A DNA stretch of 64,000 bases from Candidatus Thorarchaeota archaeon (GTDB lineage Archaea; Asgardarchaeota; Thorarchaeia; Thorarchaeales; Thorarchaeaceae), in NCBI GenBank assembly GCA_046482545.1, contig JAWOEX010000039.1:96001-160000 (forward strand). Direction: 5' to 3'. The notes beneath the pieces were generated by a model. That model was given only the letters and a program-made list of their open reading frames with translations. It did not search any database and had not been told where the DNA came from. The translations under genes and the position numbers were made by a program. Below are positions 20,760-30,569 of this stretch, piece after piece (within the stretch, counting starts at the first letter, position 1; every line of letters begins with the position of its first letter).

Positions 20760-21757
20760 GCTCTAGTGCTATTCTTGAAATTCATGACATTAAGAAGTGG
20801 TTCGCAGTCAGGGGTGGTTTCTTGTCAAGTCTTATCAGATCGGAACCCGAAGAGTACATCAAGGCAGTCGATGGAATCAGCCTTGATATCAATAGGGGTG
20901 AGATTTTCGCAGTTGTTGGTGAGAGCGGCTGCGGGAAGACGACCCTTGCCCGACTTGTTATGGGGCTTGAGGTGCCAACTAGTGGTGAAATCCTACTTGA
21001 AGGTAACAAGATTTCGCACATGAGCCAGTCTGAGTTCAAGCCTATCCGAACTCGAATTCAGATGATTTTCCAAGATCCGTATGGCTCACTGAATAATTCC
21101 ATGAGCATAGGTGATATTGTTGCAGAACCCCTTAGAATTCATAATATCTGTAGAATCGCACAAGAGCAAGAAGAAAAGGTCAAAACTGCGCTAGAAGATG
21201 TGGGATTAACTCCTGCAGAAGATTATGTCAACCGTTACCCCCATGAACTGAGCGGTGGGCAACGGCAGCGAGTAGCGGTCGCCGCTGCACTTGTGCTTGA
21301 TCCAGAAGTCCTGATTGCAGATGAGCCAGTTTCAATGCTAGATGTTTCAATGAGGGGGCAGATACTGAAGATTCTCGTTGATTTGAAACATAAACGGGGA
21401 ATCACAATCATGCTTATCACACACAATCTTGCTGTCGCACGGCAAGTAGCTGATAGAATTGCGGTAACATACCTAGGAAAGGTTGTCGAAACAGGAGACA
21501 TCCGATCTATTATTGAAGATCCCGAGCATCCCTATACCAAGGCATTGATTTCAGTTGTGCCTGTACCAAATCCGACTGCCAAGAGAGAGAAGATGTTACT
21601 TTTTGGTGAAATACCAAGTCCTATCAATCTCCCTACGGGTTGTAGGTTCCATCCTCGCTGCCCATTTTCCAAGGAAAAATGCTCTTCTCAGGAACCTTCA
21701 TTAAGAACAGTAGAGGATGGACGTAAGGTGGCTTGTTTCACACCTGAAGAACAATGA
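20756..21757 (+). CDS. oppF: Oligopeptide ABC ATPase OppF
   Basis: GESGCGKT, FQDPY, LSGGQRQR, CRFHPRC. Confidence 0.9.
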   Translation: MSSSAILEIHDIKKWFAVRGGFLSSLIRSEPEEYIKAVDGISLDINRGEIFAVVGESGCGKTTLARLVMGLEVPTSGEILLEGNKISHMSQSEFKPIRTRIQMIFQDPYGSLNNSMSIGDIVAEPLRIHNICRIAQEQEEKVKTALEDVGLTPAEDYVNRYPHELSGGQRQRVAVAAALVLDPEVLIADEPVSMLDVSMRGQILKILVDLKHKRGITIMLITHNLAVARQVADRIAVTYLGKVVETGDIRSIIEDPEHPYTKALISVVPVPNPTAKREKMLLFGEIPSPINLPTGCRFHPRCPFSKEKCSSQEPSLRTVEDGRKVACFTPEEQ

Positions 21758-21760
21758 AAC

Positions 21761-22285
21761 ATGGAAATGAGGGAGATCAGAATGAAAACGAAACAGGGAC
21801 TTGACGAACTCGATTTGAAGATACTCTCGGAGCTCCAGAAGGACTGTCGAACGCCGCTCCAAGAAGTAGCTAAGCGCGTTGGAGCACCTTCGTCGACTGT
21901 GCATTATAGAGTAAAGAAGCTTGAAAGAGAAGGAATCATTGATGGCTATTATGCACACATCAATTCAGAAAAGCTGGACATGGACTACCTCACCATAATT
22001 CGCATAGGTGCCGAATATGGTCCCAAGTACTACGATGACGTGGGTAAGAAGTTGGCTGAAACGGAAGGGGTATGGGCAGTATACTTTGTCCTGGGAGAGA
22101 CAGACTTCTATGTTCTTACTAGATCAGCAGACCGCCGATCATACATGAAAATCCTTGATAGAATTATGTCTTTAGAACACATAAAAAGAACCTCCACGCA
22201 AGTCGTTGCAAAGGTCATCAAGGAAGATCCACGGCTCCAGATATTGACATTACAAAAAGAGGCGAACGAAGAGGAAAGCGCCTGA
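21761..22285 (+). CDS. Lrp/AsnC transcriptional regulator
   Basis: LDELDLKILSELQKDCR HTH, RVKKLEREGII, C-terminal RAM domain. Confidence 0.92.
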   Translation: MEMREIRMKTKQGLDELDLKILSELQKDCRTPLQEVAKRVGAPSSTVHYRVKKLEREGIIDGYYAHINSEKLDMDYLTIIRIGAEYGPKYYDDVGKKLAETEGVWAVYFVLGETDFYVLTRSADRRSYMKILDRIMSLEHIKRTSTQVVAKVIKEDPRLQILTLQKEANEEESA

Positions 22286-22399
22286 GCATTGTCAATGTTG
22301 AAACCAGAGTCATAAGCATCATTGTAGATAGGTATGAATGATTTTTATGTGAAGAAGTACAATATTAACTGCAGTAAAGACCTCGGAGAGGCTAAAATA

Positions 22400-22624
22400 G
22401 TGGTTGTAGTTATCGTGCTTACACAAGTTTCTGTGGGAAACGCAGAGAGCGTCCAAAAGAAAATGGAGTCCTTTGATGAGATAGAGTTTGCGCATGTTGT
22501 GACCGGTCCATACGACGTTATAGCTGTCGGTGAACTTGATTCAAAAGCAGACTTCCGAAGATTCGTGGACAGAATTCACGAAGTCGAGGGTGTCGTACGC
22601 ACAGAGACATGTCTGGGCATCTAG
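22400..22624 (+). CDS. Standalone Lrp/AsnC ligand-binding (RAM) domain
   Basis: VTGPYDVI, GVVRTET; GTG start at 22400 after GGAGAGG. Confidence 0.85.
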   Translation: MVVVIVLTQVSVGNAESVQKKMESFDEIEFAHVVTGPYDVIAVGELDSKADFRRFVDRIHEVEGVVRTETCLGI

Positions 22625-22760
22625 TTGAATTGGATGAATCAGTCAGGCAACTTCATCGAAACTGACTTCGCATTAGAGCGCTGATCGAGAAAGTGCTCAT
22701 CACATGTGATGGAAGAAGCATCTCTAAATCACTTAACCAGCTAGCACCCAATCAGAAATC

Positions 22761-23132
22761 CTAGAATTCGGATAGAGTTCCTCGAGAGCTTATATTTCTC
22801 TCCGTCAAACGGAATAGTAGCAATCCGATTGTAATGAATACAATATCGAGAACCACTAAAGCTACTACAGCGTTCATGGCAGTGGAGAATGCGAAACCCT
22901 CCATCAGAAAACCCCTAAAACCTTCTACACTCCAAGTAAGAGGTGAAACAACGGCCACATACTGAAGCAGTGGTGGTAACACAGCAATGGGATAGGACAT
23001 CTGCGCAACGAGCAGGAGGATACTGGACAGGAGTTCGACAATCATCCATGCTTGCTTCGCGACAACTACAATGCACACCACGCTTAACACAAGACCCCGC
23101 ATGGCAAGGATGGAAGGATAAATCATAGCCAA
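22761..23132 (-). pseudogene. C-terminal fragment of ABC-2 type permease
   Basis: SYPIAVLPPLLQYVAVVSPLTWSVEGFR is an ABC-2 C-terminal motif; N-terminal half and ATPase partner absent. Confidence 0.65.
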
Positions 23133-23168
23133 ATAAGAGAGGAATTTTGATTGAAATTCCGGCGCAAA

Positions 23169-23789
23169 TTACTTGCCCAATTTCTCGAGACGTTTCTCGA
23201 TTCTTTTCAGCTGCTCCTGCATCTTATCCATTCGCTTCTTAAGATTCTCCAGTTCTTGATCTGTTGAAGCAGAAGCTTGTGAAGTAGGAGCTTGCGGACC
23301 CGCACCAGTGCCGGGCCAGCGTCTAAAGCCCATTCCACGTCCACCTCCGCGTCCACCTCCGCGTCCCATGCCCATGTTAGGCGCGGCTCCGACTCCAGCA
23401 CCAGCTCCTGTGCCTGCGCCCGCACCTGTACCCATTGAGGTTCCTGAAGGCGCTACTGTTCCAGCTGATTCAGCATCGCCGCTTTTGAAACTCTCAACCG
23501 CATTTCGAATAGTGCCGCCTACACCTGTAACCATTTTAATCCCTGCAGCCGATAGTGCCTGTGTAGCATTTGGTCCAAGGCTTCCGGTCAGTACTGCTTG
23601 AACTCCCTTCTGTGCCATCATCTGTGCTGCCTGAATGCCTGCTCCTCTTGCGGCGCCAGCGGCTGTATTCTGTATGACCTCAGATTCCATGGTATCAGAA
23701 TCTACAACAACAAAATACTGACATCTACCAAATCTCGGATCTACTTCTGCGTCCAAACTCGGACCTGTTGACGATATTCCCAGCTTCAT
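23169..23789 (-). CDS. NifB/NifX (dinitrogenase FeMo-cofactor biosynthesis family) protein with Gly-rich tail and coiled coil
   Basis: VDPRFGRC, GAGIQAAQ, GPNA; GRGGGRGGGRG tail; ELENLKKRM coil. Confidence 0.88.
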   Translation of the reverse strand: MKLGISSTGPSLDAEVDPRFGRCQYFVVVDSDTMESEVIQNTAAGAARGAGIQAAQMMAQKGVQAVLTGSLGPNATQALSAAGIKMVTGVGGTIRNAVESFKSGDAESAGTVAPSGTSMGTGAGAGTGAGAGVGAAPNMGMGRGGGRGGGRGMGFRRWPGTGAGPQAPTSQASASTDQELENLKKRMDKMQEQLKRIEKRLEKLGK

Positions 23790-23991
23790 TTGAATTACTC
23801 TCGGTACTCTGTATTTGTGTTTATGCACAAATAAGATAACACTTGTGGTTTGTAACTGGCAACCACTTCGGAATCGGTAGGGATTGCTTGCTTACAATTT
23901 CTAGCTTTTCAGAAAGGTTCCCCCAAACCCGCGGATACTTAAATGATGAAACCAATAAACTGCCAAGCATCAAAGGTATCAAAACAGCAAG

Positions 23992-24396
23992 ATGAAACGA
24001 AAAGTCGATACCAAGATGCGAGGGATGAACATGATTCAGAAAAAACGAATGGGTATTTCTATTCTAGTGGGAGCTCTACTTGGAGTTCTGTGTATACTTG
24101 GAGTTGGCAGTAGGTTAGCAGGAGGATACATGACAAATGCAGTATTTCTTTTTGGTATGTGGTACAATAGAGTCATAATGGGAATACTGATTGGTTTTGC
24201 AGGGGAGGTCAACCTGTTAGGCAAAGAGGGTGAGAAACGACTGGTTAATGCCGCCGTTAAAGGATTGATTCTCGGAATCATAGTCTCATTTGCCATTTTC
24301 TTCTCCTCAGAATTCAGAGATCTTCCAAGCTTGTTTGCTGGTTTCGCGTATGGACCCATTATCGATATCGTTGCGACTTATGGTGAGACAAAGTAA
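23992..24396 (+). CDS. Small membrane protein, unknown function
   Basis: Four hydrophobic segments, WYNR motif; true start may be 24031. Confidence 0.7.
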   Translation: MKRKVDTKMRGMNMIQKKRMGISILVGALLGVLCILGVGSRLAGGYMTNAVFLFGMWYNRVIMGILIGFAGEVNLLGKEGEKRLVNAAVKGLILGIIVSFAIFFSSEFRDLPSLFAGFAYGPIIDIVATYGETK

Positions 24397-24463
24397 TGAC
24401 ATAATGACACACCAGAGGGGATTTGACCAGAAATATTAGCAGTAGGCCACGATTACAGTAATT

Positions 24464-25372
24464 ATGGCCCCTGTATCTTCAGATTTGGTCATTGGAGTTG
24501 CAGCCGGGTTACTGCATGCTCTCTTCTTTTCAATTTCAGTGAACATCTACAAGGGTCAACGTAAGGGAATCCACCCAGTAGCAGTTAGCGCATTGAAAAT
24601 GTGGGTCGCTTTCTTACTAATGGGATTCATTGTGTTAGTCACCCTAAGGACATCCGCACTACAAGTACCAATGCATAACGTTGTGATTCTCTCTATTAGT
24701 ATGATTACTTCAATGGTTGTTGGAGACACGTTCTACTTGTTATCTCAAGAACGGATTGGTGTGGCCTATGCCTATCCAATAAGCAATGTTTATCCGATAG
24801 TAACCTACATTCTCTCCATGGCCTTTCTCGGCGAGGCCTTCGTGATGGCACGCTGGTTTGGTGCGATTCTTGCTGTTACTGGAGTTGTATTGCTTTCATG
24901 GGAGCAAAACAGAAACAAACGTGAGGAAATACATGTTCGTGGGAAAACGATCGTCGGACTTGTCTTGGTTGTTCTAGCGATAATCTGTTATGCTGCCGGT
25001 ACCGTCCTCGTGCAAGTGGGTCTTGATGGTGTTGATCCTCTTGATGCGAATTTTGTGAGGACGTTCGTCTGTAGCCTTGTCTTCGTTCCGATATATGGCG
25101 TGGCCAGATACAGGGGGATGGATCAACCGACGAGAAAGGCAACGAAAATCACTGCTGTTGCCGCACTCTTTGGCATGGGTTTTGGTTCGTTGCTGTATGC
25201 AATCAGTGTGAAATATGTCGGAGCGACAACAATGTCAGTAATGGCTTCAATGGGTCCGATTTTCGGTCTTCCGATGTCAGTGCATCACCTGAACGAAAAA
25301 GTGACGCTCCGAGCTGTTGTTGGAACGGTAATCAGTATCCTAGGCGTTATTCTTGTGGTAATTGGATTCTGA
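24464..25372 (+). CDS. EamA/DMT transporter
   Basis: ~10 TM, two repeats ending FLGE and LNEKVT. Confidence 0.9.
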   Translation: MAPVSSDLVIGVAAGLLHALFFSISVNIYKGQRKGIHPVAVSALKMWVAFLLMGFIVLVTLRTSALQVPMHNVVILSISMITSMVVGDTFYLLSQERIGVAYAYPISNVYPIVTYILSMAFLGEAFVMARWFGAILAVTGVVLLSWEQNRNKREEIHVRGKTIVGLVLVVLAIICYAAGTVLVQVGLDGVDPLDANFVRTFVCSLVFVPIYGVARYRGMDQPTRKATKITAVAALFGMGFGSLLYAISVKYVGATTMSVMASMGPIFGLPMSVHHLNEKVTLRAVVGTVISILGVILVVIGF

Positions 25373-25681
25373 CTACCAGTAGAAGCATATAAGACTATGA
25401 TTTGCTGAGGCTCCGTAATGTCGGTATTCCTTAGAGAAAAGACATAATCGGCAGCGAGGGCGGGAATTCTTCATTGGCTTTCAGATTCTGAAGAATTGCA
25501 AGGAACAATGTATGTGTATACGTGCCCCAGTAAGAAATAGTACATACTTATAAGTAAAACAACAGGAAAAAAATGAAAAACTAGCATGCCGCGCTTTAAG
25601 CTCCTTTTGACGTTGAGCATGTCCAAGCTCACCTCAACTGAACGAAATCGTTGTGTGCAATACGTTATATAAGATGGAGTT

Positions 25682-28438
25682 ATGAAAATGAAAAGAAGAT
25701 TTTTGCCCTTGGTTTGTATTGCTTTGTTCTTGGCAAGCGCAGTGATGCCATTAACAAGCCACCTAGACTACGAACAAGAAGAAGCATTGAACATACAACC
25801 GACATCGAAACGAACATTATCCCAAGGATCATCACATTACATGAAGATCCCTGTTTTCGCTGACGAGGCCGTTGTTTCAGGACACCCTGATAACAATTAT
25901 GATAGCAATGAGCATAAAGGAGGCCTTTTCGTTGGTTACGGCAGTATAGCTCTATATGCCCGTTCTTGGCTCTTGTTTGACTTGCACAATGTTCCCACAG
26001 ACATAGCACTAATCAAAGCAGAGCTAAGAGTGCATCTCAATGATAGGGTAGCGGATAGTGATGATCTTGCAATTGGTATGTACTATTCTTCAAATAGCAC
26101 TTGGAACGAGACAGACATCACTTGGAATAATCAACCGGATTTTGCAGCATCACCAACAACAGTACTAGATACTTCCTTTGAAATCCAAGAATGGTATTCA
26201 TTCGATGTTACAAACGATGTAATGACATCCTTGAACGGGGACAAGATGCTCTCTCAAGTCTTGAAGCAGGTAGACGAAACGCTGACAAACAAAACCTTCA
26301 AGTACTTCACAGAGAGGGAACATGATTACTTCAACGCATCCTATCTTGCTATCGAATATGAAGAGCCGGTAACTACGAATCTTGCAGTTGATGGCGAATC
26401 AAGCTCGCCGCACATCGATTACATAAAGAGTGATGATCCAACACTCAGCTGGGATGTTGAAGACACCATTGGTGATTTCCAGCGAGGTTATGAGGTAGAG
26501 ATGTGGAACAGCAGCTCTTTCAATGAAACGATGCACTTACTGCGACATAGCCCTAAGTCTATCCTCAATGTTCATGATACCGGGAGTACTGGCAATTTAA
26601 GACCATTCGGAACCGACTCAGGGATGCGATTTCAGTTCAAGTATAATGCAACAGAGCTATCAGGACCGGGAGTAATAGACAGATTGTGCTTCGATGTTGA
26701 TTCTGACGCTGAAAGACCGGTCTTTGAGAATCTTGAGATACTTCTGACCCATACCAACGTTTCGGGTGCTCTAGGTAGCGACTTTCAAGCCAATCTGGGT
26801 GGTGCAAGACCGACAACAGTGCTTTTCAGAGATATCTACAGCCCCGAAAATCATGATGGCTGGCTAGTCTTTGATGTGGAGAATTCATTCTTCCTAAATA
26901 AGCGCTACGACCTAATCATCGAGTTCAGATTCACCAACAACACTGGAGATCTTCTGGCTTCAAAACACTCGTCTGACCTAGAAGGCTCAGTTGCCTATAC
27001 TTGGGGTGTTGGTGCAGAGAAGAGCACTGATGCAGACTATGCCTTTGCACGAGAGCACAACTTGCGTATCGACCTTTCAAGTCAGAGTGTCTTTGAGGGA
27101 CTTGATTCAACGCAGAATAGCTATCCATTCGATGTTGAATTGGGAACGAGAGGCATCTTCCAAATCAAATATAACAAATCTCTATTGCCAAATCCGGGAA
27201 CCATCGACAGAATGTACTTCCCGGTCAATCAATTCTTTGGAGATGTTGTATATGAAAATTTCACCCTGAGAATCCTAGAAACCCCGATTGAAGGCGAACT
27301 CGATCATACTGATTTCGAGATCAATTATGGCGGTATTCAGCCAACAGTACTGATTGACAAGAGCCTGTATCGGATTCGAAATATTGGTGGAGTATTGGCG
27401 TTTGATTTCGAGAATGCGTTCCAAATAACTGGGGATTTCGATCTGCTCATTGAGATGACCTGGGACTCTCTCAAGGAAGGTGGGCTGACTGTCCGTCGAC
27501 AGCTTAATGCTGGAGTGTATCGAGCATATAACCTAACATTCACCGGCTCCAATTATGCGGGCAATGACACAAGAGGATATGATTTGCATCTAGATGTTGT
27601 TTACTCGCAAGAATCACTTGTATATGATGGGTGTTATGTTCTTGAGAATGCTACCAATTACTTCTGGAGAGTTCGAACCATGGACTCAACGGGAATTTGG
27701 GCCCCTTGGGAATCCCAACAATTCAAGTACGAGGTGCTCACCAGCGTTCCAGAATACAGCAATCTAAACTTCTCACCTAGTCCCCTTGTTGCTGGTCAAT
27801 CCGTGACCGTATCGATAGAGGTTACTTACTTCTTGAGCGTGAATGCTGTCTGGTTTGAGTTTGGTGGAACCAATCATTCTATGACAGGTGTTGGCGATTC
27901 CTACTCGTACACGTGGACGCCTGCATCAAATGGAACATTTCCGTACACGATCTACATGGAGAGCTACATCAACACTTGGAGTTCCACACAAAGTACTATC
28001 GACATTGTTAGAGCGCCGGATTGGACAGACCTTGTGTTTACCCCCGAACCTGGAGTGGTAGGACAAGAATTGACTGTTTCCATTACTGTCCAACATGATG
28101 ATGGAATAGATGGTGTTTGGTTTGAGTTTGATGGGATAAACTATACCATGACCTCTTCGGGTGATGTCTACTCTTATACATGGACGCCTGCATCAAATGG
28201 AACATTTCCGTACACAATCTACATGAACAGCTCGATTGGTACGTGGAATTCCACATCTGGCAACATAGTTATCGATCCAGCTCCTGACGCAACAACTACT
28301 GATACAACCACTACTGAAACAGACGATACAACTCCACCGATTGGAGCAACAATTGATACTAATCTAGGGTTGCTCATTGCCATTGTAGTTGGCGTAGTAG
28401 TAGTAGCGTTGATTATAATAGTTCGGCGTCGTGAATAG
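25682..28438 (+). CDS. Large surface protein: DNRLRE-like domain, split Fn3-like domain, internal repeats, Thr-rich linker, TM anchor
   Basis: Signal peptide, RSWLLFDL...WNETDITWNNQP (DNRLRE-like), YFWRVRT, duplicated YSYTWTPASNGTFPYTIYM, terminal TM plus RRRE. Confidence 0.82.
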   Translation: MKMKRRFLPLVCIALFLASAVMPLTSHLDYEQEEALNIQPTSKRTLSQGSSHYMKIPVFADEAVVSGHPDNNYDSNEHKGGLFVGYGSIALYARSWLLFDLHNVPTDIALIKAELRVHLNDRVADSDDLAIGMYYSSNSTWNETDITWNNQPDFAASPTTVLDTSFEIQEWYSFDVTNDVMTSLNGDKMLSQVLKQVDETLTNKTFKYFTEREHDYFNASYLAIEYEEPVTTNLAVDGESSSPHIDYIKSDDPTLSWDVEDTIGDFQRGYEVEMWNSSSFNETMHLLRHSPKSILNVHDTGSTGNLRPFGTDSGMRFQFKYNATELSGPGVIDRLCFDVDSDAERPVFENLEILLTHTNVSGALGSDFQANLGGARPTTVLFRDIYSPENHDGWLVFDVENSFFLNKRYDLIIEFRFTNNTGDLLASKHSSDLEGSVAYTWGVGAEKSTDADYAFAREHNLRIDLSSQSVFEGLDSTQNSYPFDVELGTRGIFQIKYNKSLLPNPGTIDRMYFPVNQFFGDVVYENFTLRILETPIEGELDHTDFEINYGGIQPTVLIDKSLYRIRNIGGVLAFDFENAFQITGDFDLLIEMTWDSLKEGGLTVRRQLNAGVYRAYNLTFTGSNYAGNDTRGYDLHLDVVYSQESLVYDGCYVLENATNYFWRVRTMDSTGIWAPWESQQFKYEVLTSVPEYSNLNFSPSPLVAGQSVTVSIEVTYFLSVNAVWFEFGGTNHSMTGVGDSYSYTWTPASNGTFPYTIYMESYINTWSSTQSTIDIVRAPDWTDLVFTPEPGVVGQELTVSITVQHDDGIDGVWFEFDGINYTMTSSGDVYSYTWTPASNGTFPYTIYMNSSIGTWNSTSGNIVIDPAPDATTTDTTTTETDDTTPPIGATIDTNLGLLIAIVVGVVVVALIIIVRRRE

Positions 28439-28451
28439 TTTATCCACAGTA

Positions 28452-28490
28452 GGGTGAGCAAGGCATCTTGCTCATCCATCCATTATTTTT
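28452..28490 (+). terminator. Hairpin plus T-tract after surface protein gene
   Basis: gggtgagcaag-gcat-cttgctcatcc followed by ttattttt. Confidence 0.65.
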
Positions 28491-28550
28491 GTTCACCCAG
28501 ATTTGATCCCCAGGTTTCTATTTGTAGCTCAGCTCGTTAAATATCTCCTA

Positions 28551-28678
28551 GATAACCTGTTTCTTACACATTATGTGAACACAATCTGGTTGAAACTTCT
28601 AGGTTCCACCCGGCCCCCGTAAGTGTCACCACCTCCAGAATGGCCGAAGGCTTCCTTGTGGTCCTCGGGGACTCATCA
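28551..28678 (-). ncRNA. Structured repeat element copy A (putative omega-RNA-like scaffold)
   Basis: Shares GGGTGGAAC-N6-GTTTCA and GTAAGAAACAGGTTATC with copies B and C; 21 nt identical to B (28548-28568 = 43477-43497). Confidence 0.6.
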
Positions 28679-29013
28679 AATATGGGCTATCCAAGATTTC
28701 TATTCCTCAGATTACAGGCAAGAGTATTTTTCTTGCTGGGAATAAGTTGGGCTGGTCGTATTAAATTAGGATTTATCGATACAATTATTGACTCAGCCCC
28801 AATGAGTCCAACAACGCGTTCCATAGGGGTCATTCGGTTGCTCCTTTTGGTCTGATGGTTTGAGCGTCTTTCAGGGTGGATTGGGAAAGGCAATCGGTAG
28901 AAAGATACCGGAAATCCAAACATCAAATCTACTCATGGGCCAATCAAAAGTATCTCTCTATGAAATTCCTTGAATGAGATTCTGCCCCATCTCTTTTAAC
29001 GAGAGAAAACCAT

Positions 29014-29514
29014 CTTGTCATTATTCCAAAGGACTTAACGAGTCCTAGTGGGAAAAAGTACTACGCACCTCTTGCCACAAATGATAGCAGGTAATATCTC
29101 AGGAGTTATTGGTGCTGCACTCTATGCCCTTTCTGTCACTGTCTACCTGAGTATGCAGAAGACAGTGATGCTATTGCTGTAGCGTCAATCAAAATGTGGA
29201 TAGATTTACCATGTCCAGCTATTCTGTGATTCATTCTCTTTTTCCAGCTTCGCCAACCATATCATTCGTCACTACGGTCTTTCTGGCACTGTCTTTCATT
29301 ATAGGTGCCGTGGTTGAAGGTACCGTGTATCTACTGAACCAAGAATGTATCGGGTATCAGTAGTGTTCCTGATATCCACAAGTCTTCCAGTGTTGACATA
29401 CATACTAACAGTATTGTTCCTTTGAGAACCGCTTATTCACTTTAAGATTGGCAGGTTCCATTGGGGCCTTTTGGGGTTATCAAAGCCTCACTAGAGCAAG
29501 ACAGAGGCGGCGAT
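29014..29514 (+). pseudogene. Decayed duplicate of upstream region and 5' half of EamA gene 30570-31472
   Basis: Colinear nucleotide similarity to 30521-31025 (e.g. tatgccctttctgtcactgtcta, tcaatcaaaatgtggatag); ATG changed to ACG, frameshifts and stops. Confidence 0.88.
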
Positions 29515-29578
29515 TTGTTGAGGGGCCCTAATGTCGGTATCCTATAGTGTAAAAGTACCTCAAGACTGCAGAGTCAAC

Positions 29579-30484
29579 ATGACACTTCTCACCCAGGATC
29601 TTCTGATTGGCGTTTCTGCAGGATTGCTGGAGGCTGTTCTCTATGCTGCTTCGGTGACGGTATACAAATCACAGGAAGAGGGGATTCGGCCAATTGCAAC
29701 CAGCGCCATTAAGATTTGGGTGACCTTGGGTTTAATGACTACACTTGTTCTCGTTTTCTATGGAACACTACCGCTCTTCATGTCCCTGGGTACCTTATTC
29801 ATTCTCGCCCTATCAATTGTCGGACCTGTGATAGCAGATACACTTTATATTCAAGCCCAAGATAGAATTGGAGTTGCATTTGCTTTCCCAATTGCTTACG
29901 CATATCCGATTATGACGTATCTTCTCAGCGCTGCTTTCTTAGGAGAATCCCTACGTTTGACCAGGTTAGGGGGAGTCATCGTAGCGGTAGCAGGAATCGG
30001 TATCATCTCCTATGAGCGGAACAGGGAAACAGCTAAGGAGTTCAGATTAGAAGCTGGTCGTGTCGTCGGCATATTTCTCGCCATTTGTGCCCTGATTGGA
30101 TATGCAGTAGCTGTGGTATTGCTGCAAGTAGGACTGGAGGGTGTAGATCCCCTGCCGGCCAACTTCATTCGTTCCATTTTCGGTTCAATTGCGTTTCTGC
30201 CCATCTATGCAGGAGCTAGGATAAGTGGCATGAAGAAACCCAACCGACGATCCGCAGCAATCGTCGCTGTTGCCGCGCTGTTCGGATTCGGTTTAGGCTC
30301 ACTACTGTACACGATAGCAACCAAGTATGTTGGTGCAACCATCACTTCACTCCTCGATTCCATGGCCCCCATATTCGGTTTGGCCATTGCGGTCCCATTC
30401 CTAGGAGAAAAAGTCACCAAGAGAGTCATATTAGGAACCATCATGAGTGTAACAGGGGTCGCCATTGTCATCTTAGGATTTTGA
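29579..30484 (+). CDS. EamA/DMT transporter
   Basis: Paralog of 24464 and 30570 (QDRIGVAFAFPI, FLGE twice); start moved to 29579. Confidence 0.9.
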   Translation: MTLLTQDLLIGVSAGLLEAVLYAASVTVYKSQEEGIRPIATSAIKIWVTLGLMTTLVLVFYGTLPLFMSLGTLFILALSIVGPVIADTLYIQAQDRIGVAFAFPIAYAYPIMTYLLSAAFLGESLRLTRLGGVIVAVAGIGIISYERNRETAKEFRLEAGRVVGIFLAICALIGYAVAVVLLQVGLEGVDPLPANFIRSIFGSIAFLPIYAGARISGMKKPNRRSAAIVAVAALFGFGLGSLLYTIATKYVGATITSLLDSMAPIFGLAIAVPFLGEKVTKRVILGTIMSVTGVAIVILGF

Positions 30485-30569
30485 TGAGATGGTCATCTGC
30501 GTCGAATCAATCAAATGGACCTTGTCAACATCCCAAAGGACTTAACCACCCCTCAAGGAGAATCATGCT

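Noticed and set aside
23169-23789. Nitrogen fixation implied by the NifX-like gene
   Set aside because: This family is common in non-diazotrophic archaea and no nif structural genes are present. The 12-bp tandem at ~23335-23366 simply encodes GRGG repeats.
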